From UHGV virus genome UHGV-0212541: DNA of 39,460 nt; one strand, written 5' to 3'. Below, piece after piece: positions 18,378 to 27,538 of this stretch. The stretch comes from a virus. The notes under the pieces are model-generated. The model made no database searches. It saw nothing but the letters and a program-made list of their open reading frames with translations, and had not been told where the DNA came from. The position numbers were made by a program, and so were the translations under genes. Every line of letters starts with the position of its first letter. Positions within the stretch are counted from its first letter, which is position 1.

Positions 18378-18929
18378 TTATGCTCCTGTCGAAGTTGCTT
18401 TCACGGTATCTTTGAATGCATATTGAACAACATCGGCTTGATCTTCTGTCAAGGTTGCATAACCATCTTGACCAACACCATTTACTGCAAATGATAAACT
18501 TAATTCAACGTTATCCTCTGCAGCAGCCGATGGAGTAAATTCAGACACATATGCTTGGTAATAAGTAGCTTTGTACTTATTTGCATCATCATCTGTGCCC
18601 TGTTCTGCTTTGTTGATTTCCCAAATTTCAATGATATCGCCATTTAATAAGGCTTGTTTCATTTCATCTACATGAGAATCGCCTTTGGCAACTATTGAAG
18701 TAGCCGAAAAATCATATTCAACTGGGCTTAAACTTTGAACGTTTCCGTCTTTTGTCACTGTAGAGTCTGAATCTCTTGATAAACCATTTTCGTGTTCTGT
18801 TTGAAATGCCATTTTCCAAGCAGCTTCCTGAGTTTCTTTTTTCAATAAGCGATAAAGCAAAATGACATCAATACCTTTTAATGCTTCCATGTTCTTCCTC
18901 CTATCTAATTCTAAATTCAAGTGTGACAA
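18378..18929 (-). CDS. major tail protein
   Basis: 183 aa, position, Ig-like beta-rich composition. Confidence 0.65.
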   Translation of the reverse strand: MSHLNLELDRRKNMEALKGIDVILLYRLLKKETQEAAWKMAFQTEHENGLSRDSDSTVTKDGNVQSLSPVEYDFSATSIVAKGDSHVDEMKQALLNGDIIEIWEINKAEQGTDDDANKYKATYYQAYVSEFTPSAAAEDNVELSLSFAVNGVGQDGYATLTEDQADVVQYAFKDTVKATSTGA

Positions 18930-19296
18930 CCGCCCGTTTTAGCGGTGTATTCGTTGTTGTATCATCCATCACTTGAATTCCACTTGCTTGATAATTCAAA
19001 GCCCAATAATAGCCTTCTGTGGCTTCTATTAATCTAGCTTCATTAAAAAGAGCAGATGCCATGTCGGACACCTGCTTTCTTTTTTTCTGTAATCCCCAGA
19101 CGGATAAAACTACAATCACAGTACCTTTAATATCAGTTTTATTCGCTTCGTGAATCGTTTGAGTGTTCTCAAATTCCACAAAAGGATAACCAACATTATC
19201 TAAAGGTTTGTAATCATATGTTTTGTATCCTAGTTTTTCTTGGGATATTTTAAAAAGTTCATCAAAAACCGACTGATCTCTTGTCTTAATCATCAT
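18901..19296 (-). CDS. tail completion / tail terminator-like protein
   Basis: position in the head-tail joining set. Confidence 0.5.
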   Translation of the reverse strand: MMIKTRDQSVFDELFKISQEKLGYKTYDYKPLDNVGYPFVEFENTQTIHEANKTDIKGTVIVVLSVWGLQKKRKQVSDMASALFNEARLIEATEGYYWALNYQASGIQVMDDTTTNTPLKRAVVTLEFRIR

Positions 19297-19652
19297 TTCA
19301 CCAAGGCTTTCATTTCAGCCATAAATTTGACTTTTTGATAATTAAAAGCTAGTCTAACATAAGGCTGGGCCGACATAAAGCGAGTTCCATATTCTACATA
19401 AGGAGCATAGTCTGCTGTCGGTCCTACAATACCAGTTAAACCAGCTTCTAAAAGATTCATGTTTATTGATCTTCGTAAGTAACCTGTATCCACTGGCGCA
19501 CCTTTTTGCATTCGTTCAGTCATTTCAGCAGTATTACTTTTCACGACTTTTTGAACGTCATTAAGCGTTGCTGCTTTTTTCAGATGTCGCATCAGCTGAT
19601 CGATTCCTCTATATTCAAGTTGTGCCTTCATCAAGAACCACCTCTTGCACAA
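19293..19652 (-). CDS. HK97 gp10-like tail component
   Basis: [12 protein letters not shown] motif typical of the gp10 family. Confidence 0.55.
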   Translation of the reverse strand: MCKRWFLMKAQLEYRGIDQLMRHLKKAATLNDVQKVVKSNTAEMTERMQKGAPVDTGYLRRSINMNLLEAGLTGIVGPTADYAPYVEYGTRFMSAQPYVRLAFNYQKVKFMAEMKALVK

Positions 19653-19941
19653 TTAAACTATTTCTATATGCTGGATTTCTAGCTGTTTTTTGTTGCCAAG
19701 TCTTTCCTTCAATCTCGATATAGTCAAATGTAGGGATAGAAAAAAGAGGCTGCGTCCTAATGACCTTCGCCCCTTCTTCCACACTACCAAAAATAGTCAC
19801 ACTTCTATCAGTGCCAATATCTGTCATGTTTGCCTCTGTTCTTGTTCTTTCTGGTTTTCCTTCAACCCACTCACCGAGATCTGGATCATATTTAGAGTCA
19901 GATGAACGTTTAACAAATATAATTTCATCTGTAAATCTCAT
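19615..19941 (-). CDS. head-tail adaptor / head closure protein
   Basis: about 108 aa, position. Confidence 0.55.
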   Translation of the reverse strand: MRFTDEIIFVKRSSDSKYDPDLGEWVEGKPERTRTEANMTDIGTDRSVTIFGSVEEGAKVIRTQPLFSIPTFDYIEIEGKTWQQKTARNPAYRNSLIVQEVVLDEGTT

Positions 19942-20267
19942 ATAAATTTAAACCTCCCTCGCTTTGGCTTGTACAACTCTTCCTGATCTTTACGCTTAAA
20001 TTCGTCAATCTCATTTTGATACTCTGAAAAATCCGAATCAGGAAAAGCCATAGATAAACCTTCTTGAGAATATGACTGCATACCTTCTTGACCAATTCTA
20101 TTGAATCTTTTCAACGATACTTCATATACAACTGTTTCAAATTCTTTAGGAACTTCTTGCGTATTTAACAAGGTTTTCATACGCTCATTCGTTCTTCGCT
20201 CAATAACTTCAAGCTTTTCATCTATTGTTCCTTTAAGAAGTTTTTTAATATCATCTGCAATCATCAT
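19938..20267 (-). CDS. head-tail connector (gp6-like) protein
   Basis: position immediately after the capsid genes. Confidence 0.5.
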   Translation of the reverse strand: MMIADDIKKLLKGTIDEKLEVIERRTNERMKTLLNTQEVPKEFETVVYEVSLKRFNRIGQEGMQSYSQEGLSMAFPDSDFSEYQNEIDEFKRKDQEELYKPKRGRFKFI

Positions 20268-20278
20268 ATTTTTACTTC

Positions 20279-20542
20279 CTAACTAGCAGGTTGACCTGTC
20301 ACATTGATTGAAGTAGTGAATTCTCCAGAAGTAAATGTGAATGTTGCTGACCCTTCTGCTGCAATCGTTCCATCAAAATCACCATTTTCATTTTTGGTCA
20401 CTGTTGCGATAGCTCCATCACTTGAAGTTGCTGTAGTAGCTGCAACAACAGCAGCTGCATCGCTAGCATCTGCAGGCACAGCTGAAATAGTAAATGTTTT
20501 AGTATCGCCTACTTTACCGGTCCATGTCTTTTGATTTGGCAC
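20279..20542 (-). CDS. Ig-like (Big_2-like) domain protein, possible head decoration
   Basis: Ala/Thr-rich beta pattern after the major capsid protein. Confidence 0.4.
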   Translation of the reverse strand: MPNQKTWTGKVGDTKTFTISAVPADASDAAAVVAATTATSSDGAIATVTKNENGDFDGTIAAEGSATFTFTSGEFTTSINVTGQPAS

Positions 20543-20559
20543 AATACCGGTAGCAGGCG

Positions 20560-21483
20560 TTACGCTTTTGGGGAAATCTTCCCAAATGCTTCATCTTTTA
20601 CAATCATAAATCCAACATCCATTGTTGCACGCAAAGCAATCAGTTCTTGCTCAAACAAGTTAACTGGGGTTCCATCTTCATTAGTTAAAGTAGACAATTG
20701 GGCTTCTTCAGAAATCTTAAATGAAATATTATATGGGATTCCATAAAACATGTAATTAAAGTCTCCAGCGTAAAGAGTTCCTTTATCTAAAGACTTAAGG
20801 TCTACTACTGGTAATCCGTCAATTGTATTAGCAGAGCGATCATAAATAAACTCAACATTTGACCCGACTGTTTGAGCTGCAGAACGTAATTCTGTACGAT
20901 TTTTTCGGTTTGAAATAAACGCATTAGGTTCAAATTCATTTTCTGCTAATTTGTCTTCTAAGGCTAGGATATTATCATAAGTCAATCCGCCTTCAACCAC
21001 ATTCCCCGCACTAATAACTGATTCGTCTAGTGACTGAGGAAATGGGTTTTCTTTATTTAATAAGGCAGCTGCATCAAATTTTTTATAGAAAGCTTCAGCA
21101 ATTTTTGGCTGCATCTCCTCAAAGAAATCTGATAATTTATAATTTAAATATTCACGAGAAACTGGAAGAATGACACCGAGTTTTTTTGCAGTCATCGTAG
21201 CTTGCATCCATTTAGGTTTAGACGTTTTAATTTTTTCACCTTCACCCACCCAGTATGCGCCTGGTCCTTCTGCAAAGTATTCAAATTTCTTTTCTTTGTC
21301 AGTCATTTCTTCGTATTTTGCTAACTGCATGATCTTAGAATTTTCCATAACTTCACTCAAAATGAGCGTATTATATTTATCAGGAATTTTTCCCTCTTTC
21401 GTTTCATATACCAAGACATTATCTGGATCCCATGTTTGAGCAAACATTTGCAAGTTCATTGGTAAAAGTTGTTTCTTTTTCAT
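20560..21483 (-). CDS. major capsid protein (80alpha gp47-like), N-terminal L27-like leader
   Basis: ILSEVMENSKIMQLAKYE, LGVILPVSREYLNY, FFEEMQPKIAEAFYKKFD, DGTPVNLFEQELIALRATM match 80alpha capsid protein as I recall it; N-terminus MKKKQLLPMNLQMFA. Confidence 0.9.
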   Translation of the reverse strand: MKKKQLLPMNLQMFAQTWDPDNVLVYETKEGKIPDKYNTLILSEVMENSKIMQLAKYEEMTDKEKKFEYFAEGPGAYWVGEGEKIKTSKPKWMQATMTAKKLGVILPVSREYLNYKLSDFFEEMQPKIAEAFYKKFDAAALLNKENPFPQSLDESVISAGNVVEGGLTYDNILALEDKLAENEFEPNAFISNRKNRTELRSAAQTVGSNVEFIYDRSANTIDGLPVVDLKSLDKGTLYAGDFNYMFYGIPYNISFKISEEAQLSTLTNEDGTPVNLFEQELIALRATMDVGFMIVKDEAFGKISPKA

Positions 21484-21495
21484 TAAGTTTTCCTC

Positions 21496-22098
21496 CTATT
21501 TGATAATTCGATTTTTAGCAGCTAGTTTAGCCACTGTTTCTTTAGTATTTTTCGATGCTGTAAATTGTCCACCTTCATTTGGTGGTGTTTGTCTTGCATT
21601 TTCTCTCTTAATCAAAGAAGCAAAGTTAGTGATGACTGCTACAGCTTGTTTTGTGGCATCTGCATCATCAGAAACAATCAGACCAAGTAAATCATCATCG
21701 TGTGGTAAATTTGCATCTGTCAGCATTTTAGAAGCTTCTTTCGTCATTTCAGATAGTGCCTGTCCACGCTTTAATTCAGCGATTTCAGCTTCTTTTTGTT
21801 CCAACTCATGCTGTAGTTTTTCTTCCGCATTCATTTTTGCCAGCTTTTTAGCTTCTTCTTTTTTTGCTTCTAGTTCTTTTTCCCACGCTGCTTTTGCTTT
21901 ATTCGTCTCAGCAGCGATCATTTTCGCTACTTCATCACGAGAAAATGTTTTGCCAGTATTGTTTTCTTCTTTTGCTTTGGTCGGTGTCTCTTGTGAGCCA
22001 GCTGGTAGGTTTCCTTGTTGTCCCTCATCACCAGATCCATCATCTCCTGGTTCAGAAAAAAATTGTAAGTTCATTGGCATAAATAAACGTTTTTTCAT
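21496..22098 (-). CDS. scaffolding protein, N-terminal L27-like leader
   Basis: MKKRLFMPMNLQFFSEPGDD N-terminus, acidic region, then a coiled coil; immediately upstream of the capsid gene. Confidence 0.85.
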   Translation of the reverse strand: MKKRLFMPMNLQFFSEPGDDGSGDEGQQGNLPAGSQETPTKAKEENNTGKTFSRDEVAKMIAAETNKAKAAWEKELEAKKEEAKKLAKMNAEEKLQHELEQKEAEIAELKRGQALSEMTKEASKMLTDANLPHDDDLLGLIVSDDADATKQAVAVITNFASLIKRENARQTPPNEGGQFTASKNTKETVAKLAAKNRIIK

Positions 22099-22113
22099 GA
22101 TTAATCCTCCACG

Positions 22114-22150
22114 GTTACGCCGTTACCCGATAAATTTAACCAGTTACGCC
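22114..22150. repeat. 2x GTTACGCC (GGCGTAAC on the minus strand) 29 bp apart in the GC-rich leader of the scaffold gene
   Basis: read directly at 22114-22121 and 22143-22150. Confidence 0.6.
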
Positions 22151-22202
22151 GGTCAGACGGAACAGCTCAATATTTAATGCCCCGAGCAGTAGAGGGCAAA
22201 AT

Positions 22203-22235
22203 AAAAAGCCGTTACGATTTTGTAAACGGCTTTTT
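22203..22235. terminator. bidirectional intrinsic terminator (AAAAA-GCCGTT..AACGGC-TTTTT) inside the late operon between the 73-aa ORF and the scaffold gene
   Basis: 6-bp GC stem flanked by an A-run and a T-run. Confidence 0.6.
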
Positions 22236-22267
22236 ATTTACAAATTAGTTGCGCGTTTTTCTTAGTT

Positions 22268-22489
22268 TCACTTGACGAGCTGTTCATTCATTTGCTTGAG
22301 CTTTTCATTGTCTTCCAGTGTATCGTGAACTAACTTGAGAGTGGTTTTTTGATCGATAACAAAATCCCAATTATCTTTAGCATTCCTCAGAAAAATCATG
22401 TTTTCTATCAGTTGTCTTCCCTCTGGTAAAAAACCTGCTTTTTCCAACACTTCTAAAATCTCTTGTACGCTTTCTTTCATTTTGAACAC
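22268..22489 (-). CDS. hypothetical protein, 73 aa
   Basis: ORF between the minor head protein and the scaffold. Confidence 0.5.
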   Translation of the reverse strand: MFKMKESVQEILEVLEKAGFLPEGRQLIENMIFLRNAKDNWDFVIDQKTTLKLVHDTLEDNEKLKQMNEQLVK

Positions 22490-22587
22490 TCCTTTTTTAA
22501 TTATTAAAGAGAGGATTTCTCTTTATATAATTAATATAGCACTCATCGCTTTTTTGTTTACATATTTATCTAATCTATAAAAAATAT

Positions 22588-23496
22588 CTAAATTACTGGC
22601 GCTGTACTGCATCGACAAAATGGATGCATGTTAGGAGCGTTACTTCCTGGCTGCATATCGGCAACATCAAAAACTTGATTATTTAACGGTATACATAGTT
22701 TGCACGCCGTTGGTTCTGCTATATAGATGTACTGGGTAATCCCTGCATCTCTGTAACTTCGTTCTTGGATCCCTACCTGAACTCTAGTCGTTTCAGTCAC
22801 CATCAAACGTTGAGTGTTGAACTTAGTGTTTTCTCGTCCTTCAGCTGTTAAATATTCTGCCAATTTAGATGCAAGTTGCTTGGGATTTTTCCCCATCGTT
22901 ATACTTCTGACTAACAACCTATCTAATTCTGATTTCAATTCAGATTGATACATCCATAAGCGATCACTAAAAGACACGTCATCACTCAAAAAGGAGCTGT
23001 TTATTACTAGTTCTATCAGCTTTGCATATCCACTTGAAGCAATAGTCATTTCTAAAATGCCGGCTTGTCTCTTCAATTCAGCTAAACCAGCTTTTGTTAA
23101 TTCATTCGAAAAGTACTTATCCAATTCATTAAACAGTGAAATCAGTTCAAGTCCGATATTAGCTTTTAAGAGCTCTAATCTATTTACACGCATCGTAAGA
23201 TTGTATAGCTTTAATTCTTGGTTTGCTGTAGGAGAAAAATCTTTCTCTTTAACGTACTTCTTTGCTTTGCGAGCGAATGCTTTGACGTCCATTTCACTAG
23301 CACGCTTCATCGCTTCGCTACGAGTGATTTTCTGACCATTGGAAAAACTATCCCACTGCGCGTCTATTTCTTTTTGTATCGCATCTTGCGCGTATTGCAT
23401 GCGACTTTTAATTTCTGCCATGCGCTTTTTATCATCTTTAATTTGTTGCTTTTGCCATTCTTTTTCCCGTTTGATCCAATATTCTTGGGAGTTCAT
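22588..23496 (-). CDS. minor head protein (SPP1 gp7 / Mu F-like head morphogenesis)
   Basis: C-terminal YIYIAEPTACKLCIPLNNQVFDVADMQPGSNAPNMHPFCRCS signature. Confidence 0.85.
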   Translation of the reverse strand: MNSQEYWIKREKEWQKQQIKDDKKRMAEIKSRMQYAQDAIQKEIDAQWDSFSNGQKITRSEAMKRASEMDVKAFARKAKKYVKEKDFSPTANQELKLYNLTMRVNRLELLKANIGLELISLFNELDKYFSNELTKAGLAELKRQAGILEMTIASSGYAKLIELVINSSFLSDDVSFSDRLWMYQSELKSELDRLLVRSITMGKNPKQLASKLAEYLTAEGRENTKFNTQRLMVTETTRVQVGIQERSYRDAGITQYIYIAEPTACKLCIPLNNQVFDVADMQPGSNAPNMHPFCRCSTAPVI

Positions 23497-23500
23497 TTAA

Positions 23501-25000
23501 TCACTCCCCTGTTTCATCTTTTTTGTTGCTAATTACTTCTTCACCATCTGAATCAAAAATACCAGTCTGCTTTTGCGTTTCTTTATTTACTCGTTTCAAC
23601 TCTGCCTGTACATCTGGAACAAAAGAAGCGAGTCCTAAGATCGTCTCTTGACTGAGTTCAGCTCCAGCATCAACCAAAGATTTCAACTCTTCCAGAATGG
23701 CTTTAGGTAGATTAGGCGTAAATATTACACGTAAGCCTTTCAAATCGGAGTTATCCATTTCAGAAATACTTGATTTTAGGCTAAATAAAAGACGATAACG
23801 CCGCATAAGACCTTTTTTGAATAGCCTTTGCTTTGTTGCCGTCATTTGTTCAAATCCAAATAATTTATATTTCATTGCTTCTCCTGATTGCACTCCGGAA
23901 AAATTGTCATCAGTAAGATCAGGAACCATTGAGATTTCGTGGATATCCTTGCGCACTCTGTCTTTGTATGCTTCTACACCGTTCACATCATATTGTTTGT
24001 AAATATATCCTGCAGTCACACTTGTTTTATTACCGTTCACATCAGTTCCAGACTCAAGCAAAAGCATATTCGCTTCTTTCTGCTTGATGGCGTCCTCTGT
24101 GGATAGTCCTGCTGCTTCAATATCACCACTAATAACTAGAAGAGCATCGTTTAGATCAGTCATATAGTTGGCGGTATCAGACTGCCCTGCATCGTATAGA
24201 TCAATCAAAGATAGTACATCTTCATACAAGCCCATCCGAAAACGATTAGGAGAATACTCTGTAATAGGTACCTCTTTATATTCATGCGGTTCATCCTGGG
24301 GATTTTTTAACTCAATTGCTGTTAGTGTCGTCTCATCATAAGTGATACTTTTTTCTTTTGTGTATACGATTGGTTGAATGTACTGTTTATCAGCATCCTT
24401 GTTGAATCTTGTCTTAGGATACCGTACAGCCAAAATAGGCTCTCGTTTTACTGTAGTATCATATACAACAAACGTTTCAAATACATTAGCCAAATCAACA
24501 TAATCTGTATCATCTGAATCTCGATAGATAATCTCATAGGCTCTCCCATACTTATCCATATCAAGCCAGAGTTCAGCATTTAACCCATCTATGTCATTAT
24601 TAGTATTAAACTCTTCGATTTCTTTTTGTTGATTTGTGTCCTCAATTTGCACTTTTATAGGATTGCCTGTGTTGTACCCAACATCAAACGTACAAAGAAC
24701 TTTTCCAAAGTTATGTGCTGATCGATGATCCGCTTTTTCCTTTTCTCTACGTCTACGGTTATCCATGATATTTGTATTTCTAGCTTTGTAATAATCATCT
24801 AATACACTTAGCCTTTTTACCTGATATTCATGATGATGTTTTATCATTGCTGCTAAAGTATCTAAATCGTTAAGTAAATCTTCTGCTGAGCTAAACCTAT
24901 AGTGAAGATTGGAATCTACGCTAAACTTTACATAATTTGTGTTCACGTCGTTCGAATAATGTATATCAGCACCGTATTCAAATTCGTTTACCTTATCCAT
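23501..25000 (-). CDS. portal protein (SPP1 gp6-like)
   Basis: 499 aa, between the terminase and the head genes; acidic C-terminus. Confidence 0.9.
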   Translation of the reverse strand: MDKVNEFEYGADIHYSNDVNTNYVKFSVDSNLHYRFSSAEDLLNDLDTLAAMIKHHHEYQVKRLSVLDDYYKARNTNIMDNRRRREKEKADHRSAHNFGKVLCTFDVGYNTGNPIKVQIEDTNQQKEIEEFNTNNDIDGLNAELWLDMDKYGRAYEIIYRDSDDTDYVDLANVFETFVVYDTTVKREPILAVRYPKTRFNKDADKQYIQPIVYTKEKSITYDETTLTAIELKNPQDEPHEYKEVPITEYSPNRFRMGLYEDVLSLIDLYDAGQSDTANYMTDLNDALLVISGDIEAAGLSTEDAIKQKEANMLLLESGTDVNGNKTSVTAGYIYKQYDVNGVEAYKDRVRKDIHEISMVPDLTDDNFSGVQSGEAMKYKLFGFEQMTATKQRLFKKGLMRRYRLLFSLKSSISEMDNSDLKGLRVIFTPNLPKAILEELKSLVDAGAELSQETILGLASFVPDVQAELKRVNKETQKQTGIFDSDGEEVISNKKDETGE

Positions 25001-25012
25001 TTCTCACACTCC

Positions 25013-26320
25013 TTAAAACATTCTTCTGATTTTGTTCCGCTGCTCTTTAGTAACGGTTGATTTCTTTTTGGCCCACATGTCTTCGTTGAAGGCGTATCTT
25101 GTCGCATCAATCGTATGGTTATCTTTATCCTCTAACCTTGGCTTAGGATTTCCATCACGATCTGTTTGATAGTCGATGTTCTCGAATTCCTTAGCAATAT
25201 TCGGAGTGCGTAGTGGATCAATACAAATAAAAGCCAAATCATCTAGCCACTGTTCACCGTACTCAACAGAATCAGGTCCTTTTTTCACGCCTTTTATTCC
25301 TTTCATGCCATGTTCATTAACTAATTCAGCATTACTCTTTGGCTCTGCGCTATCTGAAAATATCTCCTCATTTTGGTAACCTTTAGATTTAGCTTTGTTT
25401 GCAAATTCTCTATTGCTGATCTTCACGCCGTAAATTTCATCGATTGCATAAATACCGTTTTTCTTTTTGTCATAATGCCATCTGACGAACGCTAAAGGAT
25501 CCGTTGCATATCCATAGTCCAAACCGTTGCGGATGTTATCAAAGTTAGAGATCATTTCATCTGTAATAGAACCTTTCTTAACTTGTAGATTATCAAAAGG
25601 TACAACTCCTGACCCCACAGCTTTACCATCATATTCCCACTCAGCCCTTATTGGATTCCTTGCTCTAGTTGCCTCAACTTCTTTCAGAAATTCCTTAGAG
25701 ATGAATGGATTATCCCGATAGGTCGAGTGATGAATAAAAGTGTTGTCTGGTTGAAAAGAAGTCTCATATTTTTTATTTACCCAAGATTGTTTTCTCTTAG
25801 GTGGATTGTAGCTGTAAAAAAACTTATAAAAAAGACCATCATCTAATTCTCCACGTAAAAGGGAGTTCGTGATAGTCGTGACTTCATCTTCTGTTTTAAA
25901 TTCTGCTAATTCTTCAATCCAACCTATAGCAAATGGAAACTTGCTATCTTTTAAAGACTTGATTCGTTCTGGGTTTTGAGCACCACGAAATATCATATAA
26001 TTCCCTCTTGGAAGATAAGTAATTTTAAGTGGTGACTTATTAAACTTAAATAGGCGCGATACTCCCTGCTTCTCAATTGCCCATTTCATTTGTTCGTAAA
26101 TAGATTGCTCAAGTGTATTATCAACATAACGTATACCTACAGCATTCACTGCATATCTCATAAGTAACTGAGTAACGATATGCGCTATATCTGATGATTT
26201 TCCTGAACCCCGGCCACCTTTACAAACTATATTAAGAATGTCTTGATTTAAAGTCGCTCTCCATACTGAATGAAACTTCGGCGGAAGAAATTCAGATAGT
26301 TTTTTAGCCATCATCATCAC
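25013..26320 (-). CDS. terminase large subunit (PBSX XtmB-like)
   Basis: Walker A KGGRGSGKS; nuclease half; overlaps terS. Confidence 0.9.
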   Translation of the reverse strand: MMMMAKKLSEFLPPKFHSVWRATLNQDILNIVCKGGRGSGKSSDIAHIVTQLLMRYAVNAVGIRYVDNTLEQSIYEQMKWAIEKQGVSRLFKFNKSPLKITYLPRGNYMIFRGAQNPERIKSLKDSKFPFAIGWIEELAEFKTEDEVTTITNSLLRGELDDGLFYKFFYSYNPPKRKQSWVNKKYETSFQPDNTFIHHSTYRDNPFISKEFLKEVEATRARNPIRAEWEYDGKAVGSGVVPFDNLQVKKGSITDEMISNFDNIRNGLDYGYATDPLAFVRWHYDKKKNGIYAIDEIYGVKISNREFANKAKSKGYQNEEIFSDSAEPKSNAELVNEHGMKGIKGVKKGPDSVEYGEQWLDDLAFICIDPLRTPNIAKEFENIDYQTDRDGNPKPRLEDKDNHTIDATRYAFNEDMWAKKKSTVTKEQRNKIRRMF

Positions 26321-26759
26321 TACTTATATCATCAATGAAAGTAGGTATTTCAGAAATTTCAACTTTCTGCTTATCTACAAATGCTGCGTTTATTTTATAA
26401 TAATGCTCAAGTGCTTGGTTACGTTCTTTGAAACCTGCTGAATATTCACTCACTTCACGTTCTATGATTTCGTTTGTATAAGGATCTCTCTTAACAACTT
26501 CAAAGCGTTGTGGTTCTCCTTTTGCAATAGAAGCAGTAATAGCCAAAGCTTCTTCCATTGTTAAATGCCTCTTAGTTTGAACTTCTTTTAGCTTCTCTTG
26601 AATGTAGTCGGATACTTTTCCACCTTTTTCCACCAATTTTTCTTGTGCGTTCTTAGCGTAGTTTTCTTTATAGCCAGCTTTCAGTGCTGACTGATAAGCA
26701 TTGCCTGTGATGATGTACTCATCAGCAAAGGCTTGTTGCTTAGGATTCAACTTACTCAT
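26304..26759 (-). CDS. terminase small subunit
   Basis: MSKLNPKQQAFADEYIITGNAYQSALKAGY HTH-like N-terminus typical of TerS. Confidence 0.8.
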   Translation of the reverse strand: MSKLNPKQQAFADEYIITGNAYQSALKAGYKENYAKNAQEKLVEKGGKVSDYIQEKLKEVQTKRHLTMEEALAITASIAKGEPQRFEVVKRDPYTNEIIEREVSEYSAGFKERNQALEHYYKINAAFVDKQKVEISEIPTFIDDISSDDDG

Positions 26760-26784
26760 TTTCCATCACCACCTTTGTTATATG

Positions 26785-27009
26785 TTAATGATATTTTTTT
26801 ATATTTGTCTGTATGTTCTGCTCACTAAAATATCCATGGCCACAGTAACGAAGATTGTACTTATCAACCTCTTTCGGTGTAGCTTCTCTGGTCATTTCAA
26901 CAATGGAGTATTTCTTTTTAATCTGGACTGATTGGACAACTCTAATTGGATCATCTGCGTTTGGTTGCGGATATTTATTTGATAATGATACATACCAGTA
27001 GTTTCTCAT
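26785..27009 (-). CDS. hypothetical protein, 74 aa (start MRNYWYV)
   Basis: AGGAGG 8 nt upstream of ATG 27009; immediately 3' of a terminator. Confidence 0.5.
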   Translation of the reverse strand: MRNYWYVSLSNKYPQPNADDPIRVVQSVQIKKKYSIVEMTREATPKEVDKYNLRYCGHGYFSEQNIQTNIKKYH

Positions 27010-27029
27010 TATGCAGCCTCCTTTACGCA

Positions 27030-27057
27030 AAATAAAAAGACCACTCAAAGAGTGATC
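27030..27057 (-). terminator. intrinsic terminator on the minus strand (GATCACTC-ttt-GAGTGGTC plus TTTTTATTTT) inside the late gene cluster, just upstream of the 74-aa ORF and terS
   Basis: 8-bp stem with 1 mismatch, followed by a U-run on the minus strand. Confidence 0.6.
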
Positions 27058-27059
27058 TC

Positions 27060-27270
27060 ATATGTAATAGCAACCTACACACAGGCGGTTATCCTGTTCC
27101 TCCCTAGGGCTCGCACCACACGAGTTCATACCCCCCTCGGTTGCTTAAAGTCACTGGAGTGGAATCGCACCACTCACGTACTAGTCCTTTCTAGTTTTGT
27201 ACAAGGTCCCGATAGTGCGCCATACGCTTCCTACCTCCACCTTTGCGTCTTCTATTTCCGCCACAGTGAC
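27060..27270 (-). ncRNA. GC-rich (about 55% versus 35% background) structured non-coding island; candidate cis-regulatory RNA or sRNA ending at the 27030-27057 terminator
   Basis: no plausible ORF on either strand; internal hairpin GAGTGG-tgcgatt-CCACTC; repeated GGTGCGA; 6-bp long-range pair GCAACC...GGTTGC; palindrome CCCTAGGG. Confidence 0.4.
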
Positions 27271-27279
27271 AAATTAATA

Positions 27280-27307
27280 TTGTGAAAATAAATACTAAGC
27301 GTATAAT
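27280..27307 (+). promoter_or_regulatory. sigma70-like promoter TTGTGA-16-TATAAT driving the oppositely oriented DUF1508 gene
   Basis: -35 at 27280-27285, -10 at 27302-27307. Confidence 0.55.
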
Positions 27308-27346
27308 TTTAGTTATCAGCGAGTGGTCCGCTGAAATAAATTATAG

Positions 27347-27538
27347 GTGGTGAAAAATTTGTACTTTGTTATAAGAGAAGCAACTAATGGCCAATATTAC
27401 TTCGTTATTAAGTCCGATAACAATGAAGTAGTAGCAACTAGCGAAACATACTTGACTAAATATTCCGCTGAACAAACCATTAATTCTATAAAAAACGGAA
27501 TCACCAAAGACTCTCAAGTTATCGATATGACTAAATAA
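27347..27538 (+). CDS. DUF1508 (YegP-like) small protein, 63 aa, opposite orientation to the prophage late genes
   Basis: YFVIREATNGQYYFVIKSDNNEVVATSETYLTKYSAEQTINSIK fits the DUF1508 pattern; start GTG 27347 or TTG 27359 (GGTGGTG RBS). Confidence 0.6.
   Translation: MVKNLYFVIREATNGQYYFVIKSDNNEVVATSETYLTKYSAEQTINSIKNGITKDSQVIDMTK

Noticed and set aside
21500-22177. 225-aa plus-strand ORF antisense to the scaffold gene
   Set aside because: Ser/Ala-rich low-complexity translation opposite a confidently assigned gene.
27052-27285. 77-aa plus-strand ORF across the GC-rich island
   Set aside because: No RBS and an implausible composition. The region is better explained as structured non-coding sequence.
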